From Chiloscyllium plagiosum (taxonomy: Eukaryota): a DNA stretch of 57,892 nucleotides. Both the position numbers and the translations under genes were made by a program. Positions 24,420 to 36,859 of this stretch are shown in pieces (within the stretch, counting starts at the first letter, position 1; each line of letters opens with the position of its first letter). The stretch covers positions 29,133,891 to 29,191,782 of the forward strand of contig NC_057718.1 of assembly GCF_004010195.1 (NCBI RefSeq), in the 5' to 3' direction. The notes below the pieces were generated by a model, which worked only from the letters and a program-made list of their open reading frames with translations, was not told the origin of the DNA and searched no databases.

Positions 24420-25180
24420 CTATGGAATGATTTTATAGGACTGAAAGTCATGGCTTCACCTAAATCATGGCAAGTCCAGTTGAGGCTTAGGGTATGGAAC
24501 AAGTGCAGGAACAAGTTCTGGGTATTGTTCAATCGTGCATAGTAATGGCTAAACAAAGTCCAATACCAAAGATCACAGTAATATCATAAGCAGGTGTTAA
24601 AGCAGCTGAAACTCTATTTGGAAATGAAGATAATTCACAGGTAGCATTTGGCATGTCTTCATTAATTGAAGTTGAGGAAGTAGGTCCAGATTTTAGTAAG
24701 TTAGCACAAACAGCTCACATCAAAGTGGAAACTGAAGAGTGTGTATCTAGAGAGTTATTTTATTAGATATGGAGCACTGATGAGGAAGTGGGGACACCCT
24801 CATATACCTGTGGATGAAGATGGAGGGTTGTTCATCAAATACTGGTAACATCCAGATATCGTAAGAAGATATTATGGATAGCACAAGCAGATCTTATGTC
24901 AGGGCACACAGGAATACAGAAAAAGCAGGAATGGAGAAACAGATATTTTACATGGGCAAGACTTTGTAAAGGTGTACTGAAGTCACATGTCAGATAGTAG
25001 GAGAATTTCAGCATGTAATCAAACCAGCCTAGTTTTAGAAGAACCATTGAGTTAAGTGTTAGTGGATTATGTTGAATCTTTACCAAAAACCAAAAGAGGA
25101 TATCAGCATATTATTACAATCATAGATCTGACAATCCCATTCTTTAAGGGTGAATACCACCAGCACAGTAGCAGAGCTAA
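24420..25180 (+). mobile_element. Gypsy (Gmr1-like) internal fragment: integrase zinc-binding region and start of the core
   Basis: Frame-broken remnants RYRKKILWIA..DLMSGHTGIQK...YF.W..L, CQIVG, EEPLS.VLVD.V..LPKTKRGYQHIITIIDL. Confidence 0.7.
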
Positions 25181-25334
25181 CGACCTTTGAGGATCTGCTT
25201 CTTAATTTAATGCCTTACTAACTACACAGAACCACAGACTATGATGGTGCGCTTGGAAAAGAGAAAAGCTGCAAAATTGGGACTGCATGGTTGCTGGGGA
25301 CATTTCCCAAAAAAGCGGCTGGGATGGGGATCAG

Positions 25335-25866
25335 CTGTTTGCACTGTGTGCAGTTCTGGTCGCCCTACTATAAGAAGGATATTTTTAAGTTGGAAAGGGT
25401 CCAGAAAAGATTTACCAGGACGTTGCCGAGACTGATGGGTTTGAGTTATAAGAAGAATCTGGGTAGGCTGCGACCTTTTTCACTAGAGCTTAGGAAATTG
25501 AGGGTTGACCTTATATGGGTTTCTAAAATCATGAGGGGCATGGATAAGATAATGAGCAATGTCTTCTCCCTAGGGTGAGGCGTTCAAAACTAGGTGGCAT
25601 ATAAAGATGAGGGGAGAAAGTTTTTAAAAAGGACATGAGCAGCAACATTTCTTATTCAGAGAGTGGTTCATGTTTGGAATGAACTGCCAAGGAAGTGATG
25701 GATGCAGGTACAATTACAGCAGTTAAAAGACATTTGGATAAGCACATGAATAGGAAAGTTTGGAGAGATATGGACCAAATACAGGCAAGTGGGACTAGTT
25801 TAGTTTGGGAACATGGTCAGCGTGGACTAGTTGGATTGAAGGTCTGTATGACTATATGACTCCATA
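25335..25866 (+). mobile_element. CR1/HER1 3' fragment
   Basis: CVQFWSPYYKKDIFKLERVQKRFTR; TATGAC tail. Confidence 0.9.
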
Positions 25867-26772
25867 CTAAGCAGGCCTGCTACAGAGTGCCTTCTCACCC
25901 GAACACCATTTAAAATGATCGGAAGGCCAGTGGAGATAAATGGGAGCAGCCAGCAGCTTACCAGCAGACCGAATATTATTGACAAGGAGCTTCCCCTCTG
26001 ATGCTTGGGGCCTGACTGTGTGATTCCTCCAAATTTATGAATTAAATTTGTCTGAGAATGCTTCCATGTGGAGACCCCTCCCTACCTCCTATCTGCCTTA
26101 GCAGCCCCCTCTTTCTTGGTGAGGCTGTCAACACGCCAAAGCTGGTGGTCATGTGATTGGATGAACAGCATTAGAAGCCTGCCTGCGGTTCTCAATAGAA
26201 ATTGGATGTGACGGACTGGGAGCTGTTTCAGGAAACCAGCTCCTCCACTCTTCTTCAAGGTGCCCATTTAATCCTACCATCTGGGTCCTATATCCCTCAA
26301 GAATTTCCTGCCCCATACCTCAGTATGATTCGCTGTTCTCAAGAAATGATAAAACTTGAAAAAGATGAAATGCTGTTGACATTATAATTGCAACCCAGAC
26401 AATGAAGGATCAACCCTACTGAATTCTATGCTTAAATTGTGACCACACACGCATACACTACACAAGTGCAGAATCTCAGGGAGGCTTGCACAGAGAATTA
26501 CAGCAACTGCAAGTGGGGCACCTCTTCCAAAAGAAAACAGAAAAGATCAACATGCCTTTTTTTTCATATTTGGGGCAGGTAAGTTATCAGAATGGAGCTG
26601 GGAACAGGTGGTGAATCTGCTTTTCCAGACACAAAATGGTGCCTAGCATGAAGCAGGAATGATGCAGTTAGGTCGGGTGTAGCAGAAGCAGAATGAATCT
26701 GGTCAAGAAGAAATAATCCATGAGCATACCATCTCTAATCTGTAAACTTAAAAAAAAGGTTCTGTACTAAGG

Positions 26773-26786
26773 GTTGTTATGGTAAC
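26773..26786. promoter_or_regulatory. RFX X-box motif
   Basis: GTTGTTATGGTAAC in non-repeat intronic DNA. Motif match only. Confidence 0.35.
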
Positions 26787-28059
26787 AACTAATTACTTTT
26801 GAAACAGATTTACAAAATGACTCTTTTACCCCCTGTTACCAAATATCACAATGAGAATTGATCCCAAATAGTAATTATCCAGTCTCTAGCCCCTCAACCC
26901 TTTAACAAGATTGCACATTTGAAAGAGTTGACAAAGAATACAAAAGTAATAATTCTCCTTGAAAATTTTGGGAGAAGGTTCTCAACTGTGAGTGCAGTTT
27001 GATTATACCACAGAAACTTTATTAGAGGCTATAGAGGCCAATGCAGATCCTGTCAGTAATAATTAACTTTCCCGACTCCAGCTACCACCTCTGCAGCATT
27101 GCTGATATGCCCATTTAAGTCTGTCTGTACTATAAATGATTAAAATAGATGAAATGCTGACTACATATTTAGCTGAGAGCCTCACAATCCACTGCAGTCT
27201 GAGGGAAAATGGCAATTTGCCAGTTGTCAAAAATCATGTGGTTGATTTTTCTCCTTTAGTACTTGCAGCTAATCTGCTTACTGGCTACAGCCCATAAAAA
27301 TGAGAAGTAAGGGAGCTTGATAAAAACTGAAATAACCAGATAAGTTTTTTTTAATAAAAGCAAAAATCTGTGCAACATGGTGGTAATTTACATGCATTCC
27401 AATCAAATACCTCAACTCAACAACAACTTCTGTTGATTTTTGCTGTTCCTTCCCATTTCTCCTTCATTCCATGAGCTCTATTCCTCTTAGTGTACAAGAT
27501 TCATGACAACACCTCAATGCTTTCATGTTTCTTCCCTATCCTCCTGTGGACAACATGCCAATGAAACAAGAACTCTGTCATACCTGAAACAGTTCATGAT
27601 CCATATCATAATTATCAAAACATGTGGCAGCTAAGAATGCCGAACCCAAAAGGGTGTGCATCACTGGTACTGTCACAGATATTCATCATCTTTTAATTAG
27701 CAGGAAGGTGGAGGGTGGATTAGAAGAGGTAAATAACTGCAATAACATTCACAAGAAAATTAAGGTAAAATTCCCCAATTATCAAAAAATAATGAAGCGA
27801 TGATCAGGAAGTCAATTTTGGAAGCTATAAGTAGATGATGTCCCTCATGATATTCAGGTAGATGTATTGTTTAACAGCAAAGTGTGAAGAGGGAAGCAAC
27901 AGAATGCGCAAACAACAACATTTACTGTGTTAATAGCTATTAGTGGATTTCTTATGGCTTAGCTCAGAGAAAGTCACCACATAGCGAATTTCCCTCAGAG
28001 AAGATTTGTGATACTGTAGCAATGATCTACTGCAGCTGCTCAACAATGATGCCCTATCT

Positions 28060-28530
28060 AGACCATAAGGCTGAGGAGCAGAAATTAGGCCATTTCATTC
28101 TGCTCCGTCATTCAGTCACGACTGATGAGATTTTCTTTCAACCCCATTCTCCCTTTTTCTCCCTGTAACCCTTGATCCCCTTGACAATCAAGAACCTATC
28201 CATTTCTGTTTTAAATGTACTCAATGATCAGGTCTCCACAGCACTCTGTGGCAATGAATTCCACAGATTCACCACTCTCTGGCTGAAGATGTTTCTCCTT
28301 ATCTCCATTCTAAAAAGTCTTCCCTTTACTCTGAGACTGTGCCTTCGGGTCCTAGTCTCTCGTGCCTATGGGAACATCTTCCAACCTCCACTCATTCCGT
28401 AAGTTTCAATTAGATACCGCCCCACCCACACCCCAGTCACCCCCCCCCCGCCCTCCTCCCAATCCTTCTAAATTCCGTTGAGTCCCAGAGTCCTCAAATG
28501 TCCCTCATATGTCAAAACCTTTCATTCTGG
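28060..28530 (-). mobile_element. CR1 3' fragment
   Basis: Reverse CR1 tail GGAGCAGAAATTAGGCCATT...TCCACAGC.CTCTGTGGCAATGAATTCCACAGATTCACCACTCTCTGG. Confidence 0.85.
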
Positions 28531-28653
28531 TCATAGAAGCGTGCAGTTGCTTACAACAATGTATCACAGAACAGGGATGCTGTATGCAAAATGTACGCTA
28601 ACTTCTGCTCCTAGCTACCGAAATGAAATATATAAACAATTATGTGCACTTAC

Positions 28654-28758
28654 CCAGTGTAAAGGTGCAATGCAGACCTTGGCAGCCATGAGTGGTATAC
28701 TTGGATCACTGGGTTGGAGATTTGCACATTCTCTAAGAGCGGACACGGCCCTAGTTGA
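28654..28758 (-). CDS. TTC7A: Tetratricopeptide repeat protein 7A, internal coding exon (equivalent to human exon 11), 105 nt, phase 0-0
   Basis: Minus strand reads tttaattttcag|TCAACT...CACTGG|gtaagt and translates [35 protein letters not shown]. This matches recalled human TTC7[36 protein letters not shown]. Not in the ORF track. Confidence 0.95.
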
Positions 28759-29279
28759 CTGAAAATTAAAATGATGATTCAAAATTACTTCTTATTCGAG
28801 AACACATTTTACTTTCAAAATAATAGAGTTTCACACGATTTAGAGATAGATACAATGATGTCCAAAGAAACTGTGAAGTTTTAAAAAGAAATTTGAATTT
28901 CCAATTAATAGCTGAAAGGATAACACAAGATTTCACCTTTTAAACAAATTAAAAGCATAACCGAATAAAAATTTGCAGACAATGTATATTTTAAACTAAA
29001 GAACTTTCCAGTTTGCTTTTAACGCAACAAACAAACCCATTACCCAGGTATGCTTGACACTGTTCCTTAATTATTCAGATTGCTCAGAACTATTCCAAAA
29101 TAATTCTAAAATCCTGAACCTTTACTCTTGATCTTTTCTTTTTCTAGCCTGAAACTTTTAAGCAACTACTATTTCCACAGTGAGGGATTTTCATGGCAAT
29201 TTTCTCTTTCTCCACTGCAAGTTAGGCAAATCTTCCAGCCCTTAGGAATACCCCTGGAATCCTTCCTCTCCCAAAACAC

Positions 29280-29589
29280 ATTTCCATGGCAACATGAGTC
29301 ATTCGGGCCTTGTATAGAAGTGCCAATCAGCTATCCTTGTGAATGTTCTCTTATCTTGCAAGTAAATGGCATTTAAAGCATAATGTTTTATAACTCAACA
29401 TTCTCAACATCTTGGAACTTTGAGACAATGGCAGCAATCTGTATTTTCATTGGTTAGACTGCTAGTCTTCAAAGTGTGCCCACCCAACCTAAACTCTTTC
29501 AACAGCCACATCCTACTGGCCTGTTGTTAGGGAGATGTTAAAGGTCACATGGTCCCTTTCAATTTACCCTAAATTAGAGGCAAAGGTCA
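29280..29589. promoter_or_regulatory. Candidate intronic enhancer: near X-box, AP-1 and HNF4/DR1 motifs
   Basis: ATTTCCATGGCAAC (29280-29293), TGAGTCA (29295-29301), ATGTTAAAGGTCA (29535-29547), GAGGCAAAGGTCA (29577-29589). Confidence 0.35.
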
Positions 29590-29733
29590 ACAGATGACTA
29601 TGTTACAAACTTCATAACTGTATGACATAATTAAAATGCAGCATGTAAAACCTGACATTAATAACCATCTGAAAAAAATGTTTATATTTCTCATTGACAT
29701 TTTGCATTTACAACTGAACCATTTTGAAAAAGC

Positions 29734-29946
29734 TACACAGAGACTGGTAACCCATCACCAATTCACTCTTTATTTACACGTCCATAATACACTTAGCTGT
29801 GGCCAGCCGGCTCGGACTCAATCCCTGAATGGAGGAGATTATAAATTACCCGACTTATTTTGGTCAGCCAGGGCTTCCTGATTGACCCAGGTTCACAACC
29901 CCAATCAAGGATTTTTGGTCAACAAGATACACCTCGTTCCAATACA
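29734..29946 (-). mobile_element. Short solo-LTR-like repeat (about 210 bp); second partial copy at 56822-56935
   Basis: Both copies share CACAGAG..TGG.TA..C.TCACCAA.T.AC.CTTTATTTAC...TACACT..GCTGTGG; minus-strand AATAAA; the first copy ends in ACA. Confidence 0.5.
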
Positions 29947-31159
29947 CATTTCCTGAGTAAAACATTTGGTATAAAACCAATGTTGAGCCAGAAAAGGAAA
30001 GAGACAGGATAGCCATTCTTTAGTCAGTATCACTCATTCTGTCTGACTAGGTTTCTCTTCTATCTTTCCTCTCTTAAAAGGCAAGGCCACTAAGGTAGAG
30101 GCCACTCATGGAGGATGATATTTCACAAGCAAAAGCAGAACCTTGGCATACCTCACTCAAATGACCACTCAATATATACAGGCATAAGTAATTAGCATCG
30201 GGGCACCATTCAATTATGTATCGGGGCAGGGAGTCTGGGGAATATCACAACCATCCTCATATGATGTCCATAAAAATTCCAGAAAGAAGCAATGATGTGT
30301 CAAACAGGAAATAGAGCCCTAGATTGTTTTTGTTTCGCTAATGATGTGTTAGTGAAATTAACTTTAACATCCTGTCCTACCTACAGTGAAATTAGCAAAG
30401 TCACACCCAATGTTACTTGATTTACCACCAAGTCATCAGGGTGCCCTTCCTTACTCTGGTTTGCTTTAAATTCAAGTGCTATGTTGAGATGGTATCACCA
30501 AGGGTATCCTTTGAAAACCAAAAGGAATCATTAATACCCTGATGTTTTACTCTTCAATCTCCTAGGACAATTTCAGTGTGAACTGAAATAAAAACCTGTT
30601 TACACAGGTTCTTCAGAAATGCACTCATCGCTTGTCAAAGTTACAGAAGGAATTAGGACAGCCATTACAGCAATTTGGGATCTGTTTTCTTCCATCAACT
30701 GCTTTGGGCTATTTGCTTGCATAGAAATTGCTGAAGACATCACCTGATCAGCAAACTAGGAGCCACCACAGTCTGTCAGTTGAAATAAACATGCATAAAT
30801 TGCCATGATTTACCCAGCACACTTCACTTTAACCACAGAGTTATTGATGCTCTGACGATTAGAACTGAGTGTTCCCAGGCAGGTTCACAAGCAACATCAT
30901 CAACAAAGCACTTACCATTCAAATGAATATATTCCAAATCTTAGACAAAAGTGACAGGCAGAAAATGATAGACTGCTAGTGTTTAATTATAATTCATTAA
31001 AATGGTTTGACTTTTATAAATGAGATCATGGTGACATTTAAAATGTAAACAGTCATTTGTACCAGAGATTCTTCTCTCAATTGGGGCCAATTGACTGATG
31101 CAGAATTAAACAAATATGAAAAGTTAGCCCTGCTATCCAGTTCAGGTTAAATGATGAAA

Positions 31160-31376
31160 TCATAGAATCATACAAACATAAAATCTTTACAGTGCAGAAG
31201 CAGGTCATTTAGCCTATTGAGGCCACACTGACTCTCCGAAGAACATCATACCCAGGCCCACCCCCTTACCATATCCCTGTAACCCTGCATTTCTCATGGC
31301 TAATCAACCCAGCCTGCACATCTCTGGACACTATGGGCAATCCAGCATGGCCAATCCACCTAACCTGCGCATCTTT
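31160..31376 (-). mobile_element. HE1-type SINE, 3' half
   Basis: GGGCAAT..AGCATGGCCAATCCACCTAACCTGC.CATCTTTG and a CATAGAAT tail. Confidence 0.8.
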
Positions 31377-31449
31377 GAAATAATTACAGACTGACACAAT
31401 CTTCAATCTACAGCAGCTGCCATAAACTGTGGCTTCTCTTATTTATTCA

Positions 31450-32760
31450 TTCATTCAATCATTCATGGGACACGGGCATTGCTTGCTCTGCTGGCATTGA
31501 TTCTCTGTATCTACTTGCCCCCAAGGTGGAGGTGATGGTGAGCTTCTTTCCTGAACCATTGCAATCTATTTGGCGTGGGTAACTGCCCCACAATATGTTT
31601 CAGAGGGAATTGCAGGATTTTGAAGGAACTGCAATGTATTTCCAAGTCAGGATGGTGAATGGAAACCTTGCAAATGGCAGTGCTCCATTTATCTGCTGCA
31701 ATCATGGGTTTGGAAGGTGTGGTCTAAGGAAGCTTTGCAAATTTCTGCAATGCATCTTGTAGATACCACTCACTGCCACCAATGTGCATGGGTGATGAAG
31801 GGAGTGAATGTGCGAGGTTGTGGTTAGGGTCCCAATTTTTCCTGAATGGTGTTGAGCTTTCCAATTGATTTTGGAGCTGCAACATTCCAGGAATATAGAG
31901 ACTATTCTATCAGAGCACTGGCTTTGGCGAGTAAGATCGGCTTTTCAGAGACAGGAGATTGTCACTCGTCACAGAATTTCTTGACGATAACCTCTAGTTC
32001 AGTTTCTGATTGATGGTTACACCAGAAATGCTGTCAGTGGGGATTCAGTGATGGTAATGCAACAGAACATCAAATGACAATGGTTAGGGTCATTTGAGAT
32101 GGCCATTGCATTTGTGTGGCATGAATGTTATGTGCCTCTATCAGTCCAAGTTGGAAATGTTATCTAAGTCTTACTGCACTTGAACTCAAGCTGCTTCAGC
32201 ATCTGAGAAGTTGCAAATGATGCTGAATATTATCCAATCACCAGTAAACATCCCCACTGATGATCTGACGCTAGAAGGAAGGTCATTGATGCACCAGCTG
32301 TATATGGTTGGGTCTAAGACACTGCCCTCAGCAAAAACTTTCTTTAATTCACTCGTGAGACATGGCTGTCACTGACTGGCCAGCATTTATAGCCCGTACC
32401 TAGTTGCCTTTGAACTAAATGACTTGCTAGACCATTTCAGAAGGCAGTTGAGAGTCAATCACATTACTGTTGGTCTGGAGTCACAGGTAGGCTATACCAA
32501 GTGAGGTTGGAACATTTCCTTCCCTGAAGCACATTAGTGAGCCAGATGGGCTTTTCTGACAATGGTTTCATGGTCATTACCAGTCATTCTTGAATTCAAA
32601 TTCAACCATCTACCATGGCGAGATTCAAACCCAGGTCTTCTGAACATAGCTGAGTTTCTGGATTAATAGCAATAGTAAACTGTAGTGATGTCTTGGAACT
32701 GAGATGACTGTCTTCCAACACACACTTCCTTTGTGCTCGGTTTTTCTCCAACCAGTGAAG
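31450..32760 (-). mobile_element. Second LINE family 3' region with a SINE inserted at about 32340-32690
   Basis: Family motifs as at 13590. The LINE resumes (GATGTCTTGGAACTGAGATGACTG) after a SINE matching 16850-17222. Confidence 0.75.
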
Positions 32761-33009
32761 AGTCTCAAGCACCCTTAATTTTATTTGCTCTACCAATGTC
32801 AACTGTGTCTTCTGCCGTCAAGGTCATAAGCTCTGGAATTCCCTTCCAAAATCTCTCTGCTTCTCTTCCTCTCTTTCCACCCTTCAAGATGTGCTCAAAA
32901 ATTTATATTTTTCAACAAGTTTTTATAATATGTCCTTCTGTGGTTCACTGACAAATGTTGCTTTATGGCATTCCATGGGACATTTAGATTTTCATGATGA
33001 TGAGTGTGT

Positions 33010-35140
33010 GGAAGCTTAAAGAAGTATAATTACAAGGGAATCTGGATACAGCTAGCTGGATTGAACCAGGAAAGGAGTTTAGCAGCAAAGACTGTTGAAG
33101 GGTTGAAGGCTGAAGAAGGGTTACACCCAAAACGTTGGCTTCTCCATCTCCTGATGCTGCCTGGCTTGCTGTGTTCTTCCAGCCACCTGCTTGTCTGGTT
33201 GAGAAACAATGGCAGATATTTAAGAAAATATGTTATGGGTTCAAAGTAAGGATATGTCACAGTAAGGAAGAAGAATTCTACAAATGGAATAAACCAGCCA
33301 TGGCTAACCAGGGAAATTTAGAGCAGTATTAAATTGAAAGGAAAAAACATACAATCTAGCAAATATTAGTGGTAAGCCAAAGGATTGGAAAAGTTTAAAA
33401 AACACAAACAAAAGACAACCAAAAAGTAATAAAGAGAAGATAATCTTTGAGGGCAATCTTTAAAAGTAAGATCAAGACAGACAGCCAGAGCTTCTTTAAA
33501 TATATAAGGAAGCGAGAGGTCAAAGTAGACATAGGCTTCTTAGAGAACATGGTAGAGAAAATAATAATGGGGAACGAGGAAATGGCAGGGGAGTTTAATA
33601 AATGCTTGTACCAGTTTTTCTAGTGAAACACACTAATAGAATTGTAAAATTATTAAATAAATAAATGACAAAGGAGGAGAAGAAATAAACACTACATATA
33701 TAACTAGAGAAAAAGTGCTGCAGAAAGTAAAGGGGCTAAAGACTGAAATCCCTGGGACCTGATGGGATGCATCCTAGGATGTTAAAGTTAATAGCTACAG
33801 AGATAGTGAATGCACTGGAAAAGTTCCAGGAAATTCTAGAGAAGTTCCAGATAATTGGAAAAAGATCAATGTAACACATTTATTTAAAAAGAGAAGGAAA
33901 CAGAAACAGGCAACTATAGGTCAATTAGATTAATGAATATTATTGGGAAAATGTTAAGAGTTTATTATAAAAGATCTAACAGCACAGCATTTAGAAATAT
34001 ATAACATGATCAAACAGTCAGCATAACTTCACGAAGTGAAAACCAAGCTTGTTAAATTTATCAAAGTTCCTTGATGGAACAAGCAGAATAGATAAAGGGG
34101 AAGCAGTGAAGGTAATGTATTTGAATTTTCAGCAAGCTAGTGATAAGGTACCATACATTAGGGTACTTAATAGGATAGGGTGCATGGTGTTGGAAGTAGT
34201 GAACCATTAAAGACAGAGATGGGACAAAGGGGGCATTTTCAGGATGATAACCTGTAATCAGTGAAGTGCTGGGACCACACTTATTTTCAATATATATTAC
34301 TGATTCGGATGAGAAAAGTAAAATGTATTATTGACAAGTTTACAGATGACACAAAAATGAGGGTGGAAGAAGGCAAGTAGGAGGATGATACAAAAAGACC
34401 ACGGAGGGATATAGACAGGTTAAACAATTGGACCAAAACTTGTAGATGGAATGTAATGCGGGAAAATGGAAGGTTATGTACTTTGATAGGAAGAATAGAG
34501 AAGCTGAATATTATTTAATTGGAGACAAACTGTAGGAAGCTATAGAACAGAGGAATTTGGGAGTCTTCATCCAGGAGTATCCAAATTCAGCAAGTAATCG
34601 AAGGGCAATGGAATACTGACCCTTATTTCAAAGGGAATGGGGTACAAAAATAGCGTGGTCTCATTTAAAACATATGCAAAGCCGTAGTCAGACCACAGCT
34701 GGAAGACAGTGTTGGGCCATTTATCTGAGCTACACTGACACTGGAGACAACACAGGCTTAACCTGGGTAATGAGCAATTATATTATGAGAAAAGGTTGAG
34801 TAGGTTAGGTCTGTACACATTAGAGTTTAGAAGAATGACAAGTGATCTTATTGAAATGTGCAGGATTCTTAGATGACTTGACAGGGTAGATGCAGAAATG
34901 TTGTTTCCACTGTTGGAGAGTCGAGGACCACAGGGCATAATCTCAGAATAAGGTGTCACCCATTTAAGACTGAGGTGAAAAAGAATTGCTTTTTCCACAG
35001 ACTAGTGAGTCTGCAGAATTCTTTACTGCAGAGGGCCGCTGAGGCTGAATTATTAATTATATTCCTGGCTGAAAGGGACAGAATTTTCATCAGTAAGGGA
35101 ATGAAGGAGTATGGGGAAAAGGCAGGAAAGTGGATTTAAA
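33010..35140 (+). mobile_element. Older CR1 LINE, about 2.1-kb ORF2 region (RT), heavily decayed
   Basis: Remnants SLGPDGMHPRMLK, GNYRSI.L, KFTDDTK (FADDTK equivalent at about 34337) and the 3' FKTEVK.N.FS motif. Confidence 0.85.
33100..33196 (+). mobile_element. Penelope-like pLTR fragment with hammerhead remnant, nested in CR1
   Basis: CTGAAGA-AGGG-TTACA-CCC-AAAACGTT followed by GATGCTGCCTGGCTTGCTGTGTTCTTCCAGC. Confidence 0.7.
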
Positions 35141-36109
35141 AACATTCAAAAAATGCAGAACAATATTCCATACAGGAATATGGACAGTTAAATAAAGATC
35201 TGGAACTTACAGGTTGTCAGACAAAAGGCTACATGGGAACACCACCATCTACAAGTTCTCCTTCAAGTCACTCACCATCGTGACTTGGAAATACATCACT
35301 GTTCCAAATACATCCAGGACCAAAAAAAGACTGCTCTGAGTGTCAAACAGCAAGTTCTGGCATAATTCACCAAATTTGCAGCTAATTTTTATAATTCAAT
35401 GATCCAGAAAAACACAGATTTAACACAAGTGGCAAAAAGTGAAAAAAGGAAAGAAAAACAAATTCCACAATGAGTTATGGTTTGCAATGTGCTGCCTGAG
35501 CATGTACTGGAAGCAGATTTAATAATGTATCTCTGAGGTTAGATGGGTGCACTCATTCCCTTCTAGCCCCAGTTCTCTAATGGTGACAACAAATTTTAAA
35601 TTCAACCACAGAGTGGTGAATATGATCATTAATTGGTTTAGAATATGTCTGGTGTAGTATTGGAAACAGTTCAGCTAGGTTCCTTTCATCAATAGTGAAT
35701 AACTAGATTATTACAAATAGAAGTTATTCATACAAATTGCAAAGACTTTTGACAATAAAAGGTTTATACTGTACATAAATATGAATGATTTATATTCTAA
35801 ATTTCAGACTTAACATGAAACAAATGTAGGTAATAGACAAATGATGGTTGAACAGACCACAATATATAGTACAACAAATAGCAATCAAGAAAAGTTTCAC
35901 AAATTTCCTAGCAATTCCTTCCCAACTCTCCAAAAGACATTGGTAGTGGTGTAAGCCACCAAACATTATTAAAATGTTACAAGGAATTTTATGTTTGATT
36001 AGATGCCTTGCAACTCCCTCAAGAGCCAATCCTTCATGGACTGCCTCAATAACTGCTCATTCGAGTGGTTCATCTTCCTTTCCTCAAACTACACTCCTCT
36101 GGAACTTTG

Positions 36110-36535
36110 GGAAATGGTGAGCGGCCTCCTTGAGCTACTGCTGCCTTTGTGCTGTAGGTAGATGCACAGTGCCACTGCAGAGGGAGTTCGAAGATTTCGA
36201 TCCAATGACAGTGAAGGAACAGTGATGTATTTCCAAGTCACGATGGTGAGTGACTTGAAGGGGAACTTGAAGATGGTGATGTTCCCATGTGTCTGTTGCC
36301 CTCATTCTTCTACATGAAAGTGGTCATGGGTATGGGAGGTGCTGTCCAAAGACCTTTGGTAAATTTCTCTAGTGCATCTTGTAGATAGTACACACTGCTG
36401 TTACTGAGCCTTGGTGGTGGAGGGAGTGGATGCTTGTGTAGACTGCACCAATCAAGCAGGCTGCTTTGTTTTTGATGTGTCAAGCTTCTTGTGTATTATT
36501 AGAGCTGCACTCATCCAGGCAAGTGGGGAGCATTG
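36110..36535 (-). mobile_element. Second LINE family 3' fragment
   Basis: Closely similar to 13650-14075. Confidence 0.8.
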
Positions 36536-36859
36536 TTAAAATGTTCAGGGTACATTGAGCACACAGCATAAAAATGCATACAACCAAAAAAAGCCACACC
36601 ATAATAGCTTTCAAAATGTAATTAGATAGATGCTTGAAGGAGTGAAATTTTCAGAGCTCTAGATAAAGAATAGGGAAATAGAACTAATTGGATATTTCTT
36701 TCAAAGTGACATAGGTATAATTAGCTAAATGACTTTTCTGTATGTTTTTATGATTCTATGCTTTCATTAGCTATCAAAGTGAGGTGTATTAATCTCAATT
36801 GCAACAATGTGCAAACATCAAGGCATCGATCACAGGTTGCAGCTCTGTTCCCTGAAGCA

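Noticed and set aside
28478..28762. 94-aa plus-strand ORF over the 105-nt exon
   Set aside because: It is an antisense shadow of the real exon and starts within a CR1 fragment.
30140..30180. Minus-strand TTGAGTGAG|gtatgc resembling the LSE end of an upstream TTC7A exon
   Set aside because: The preceding residues (YILSGH) do not match GQYVMLSE, and the intervening exon is absent.
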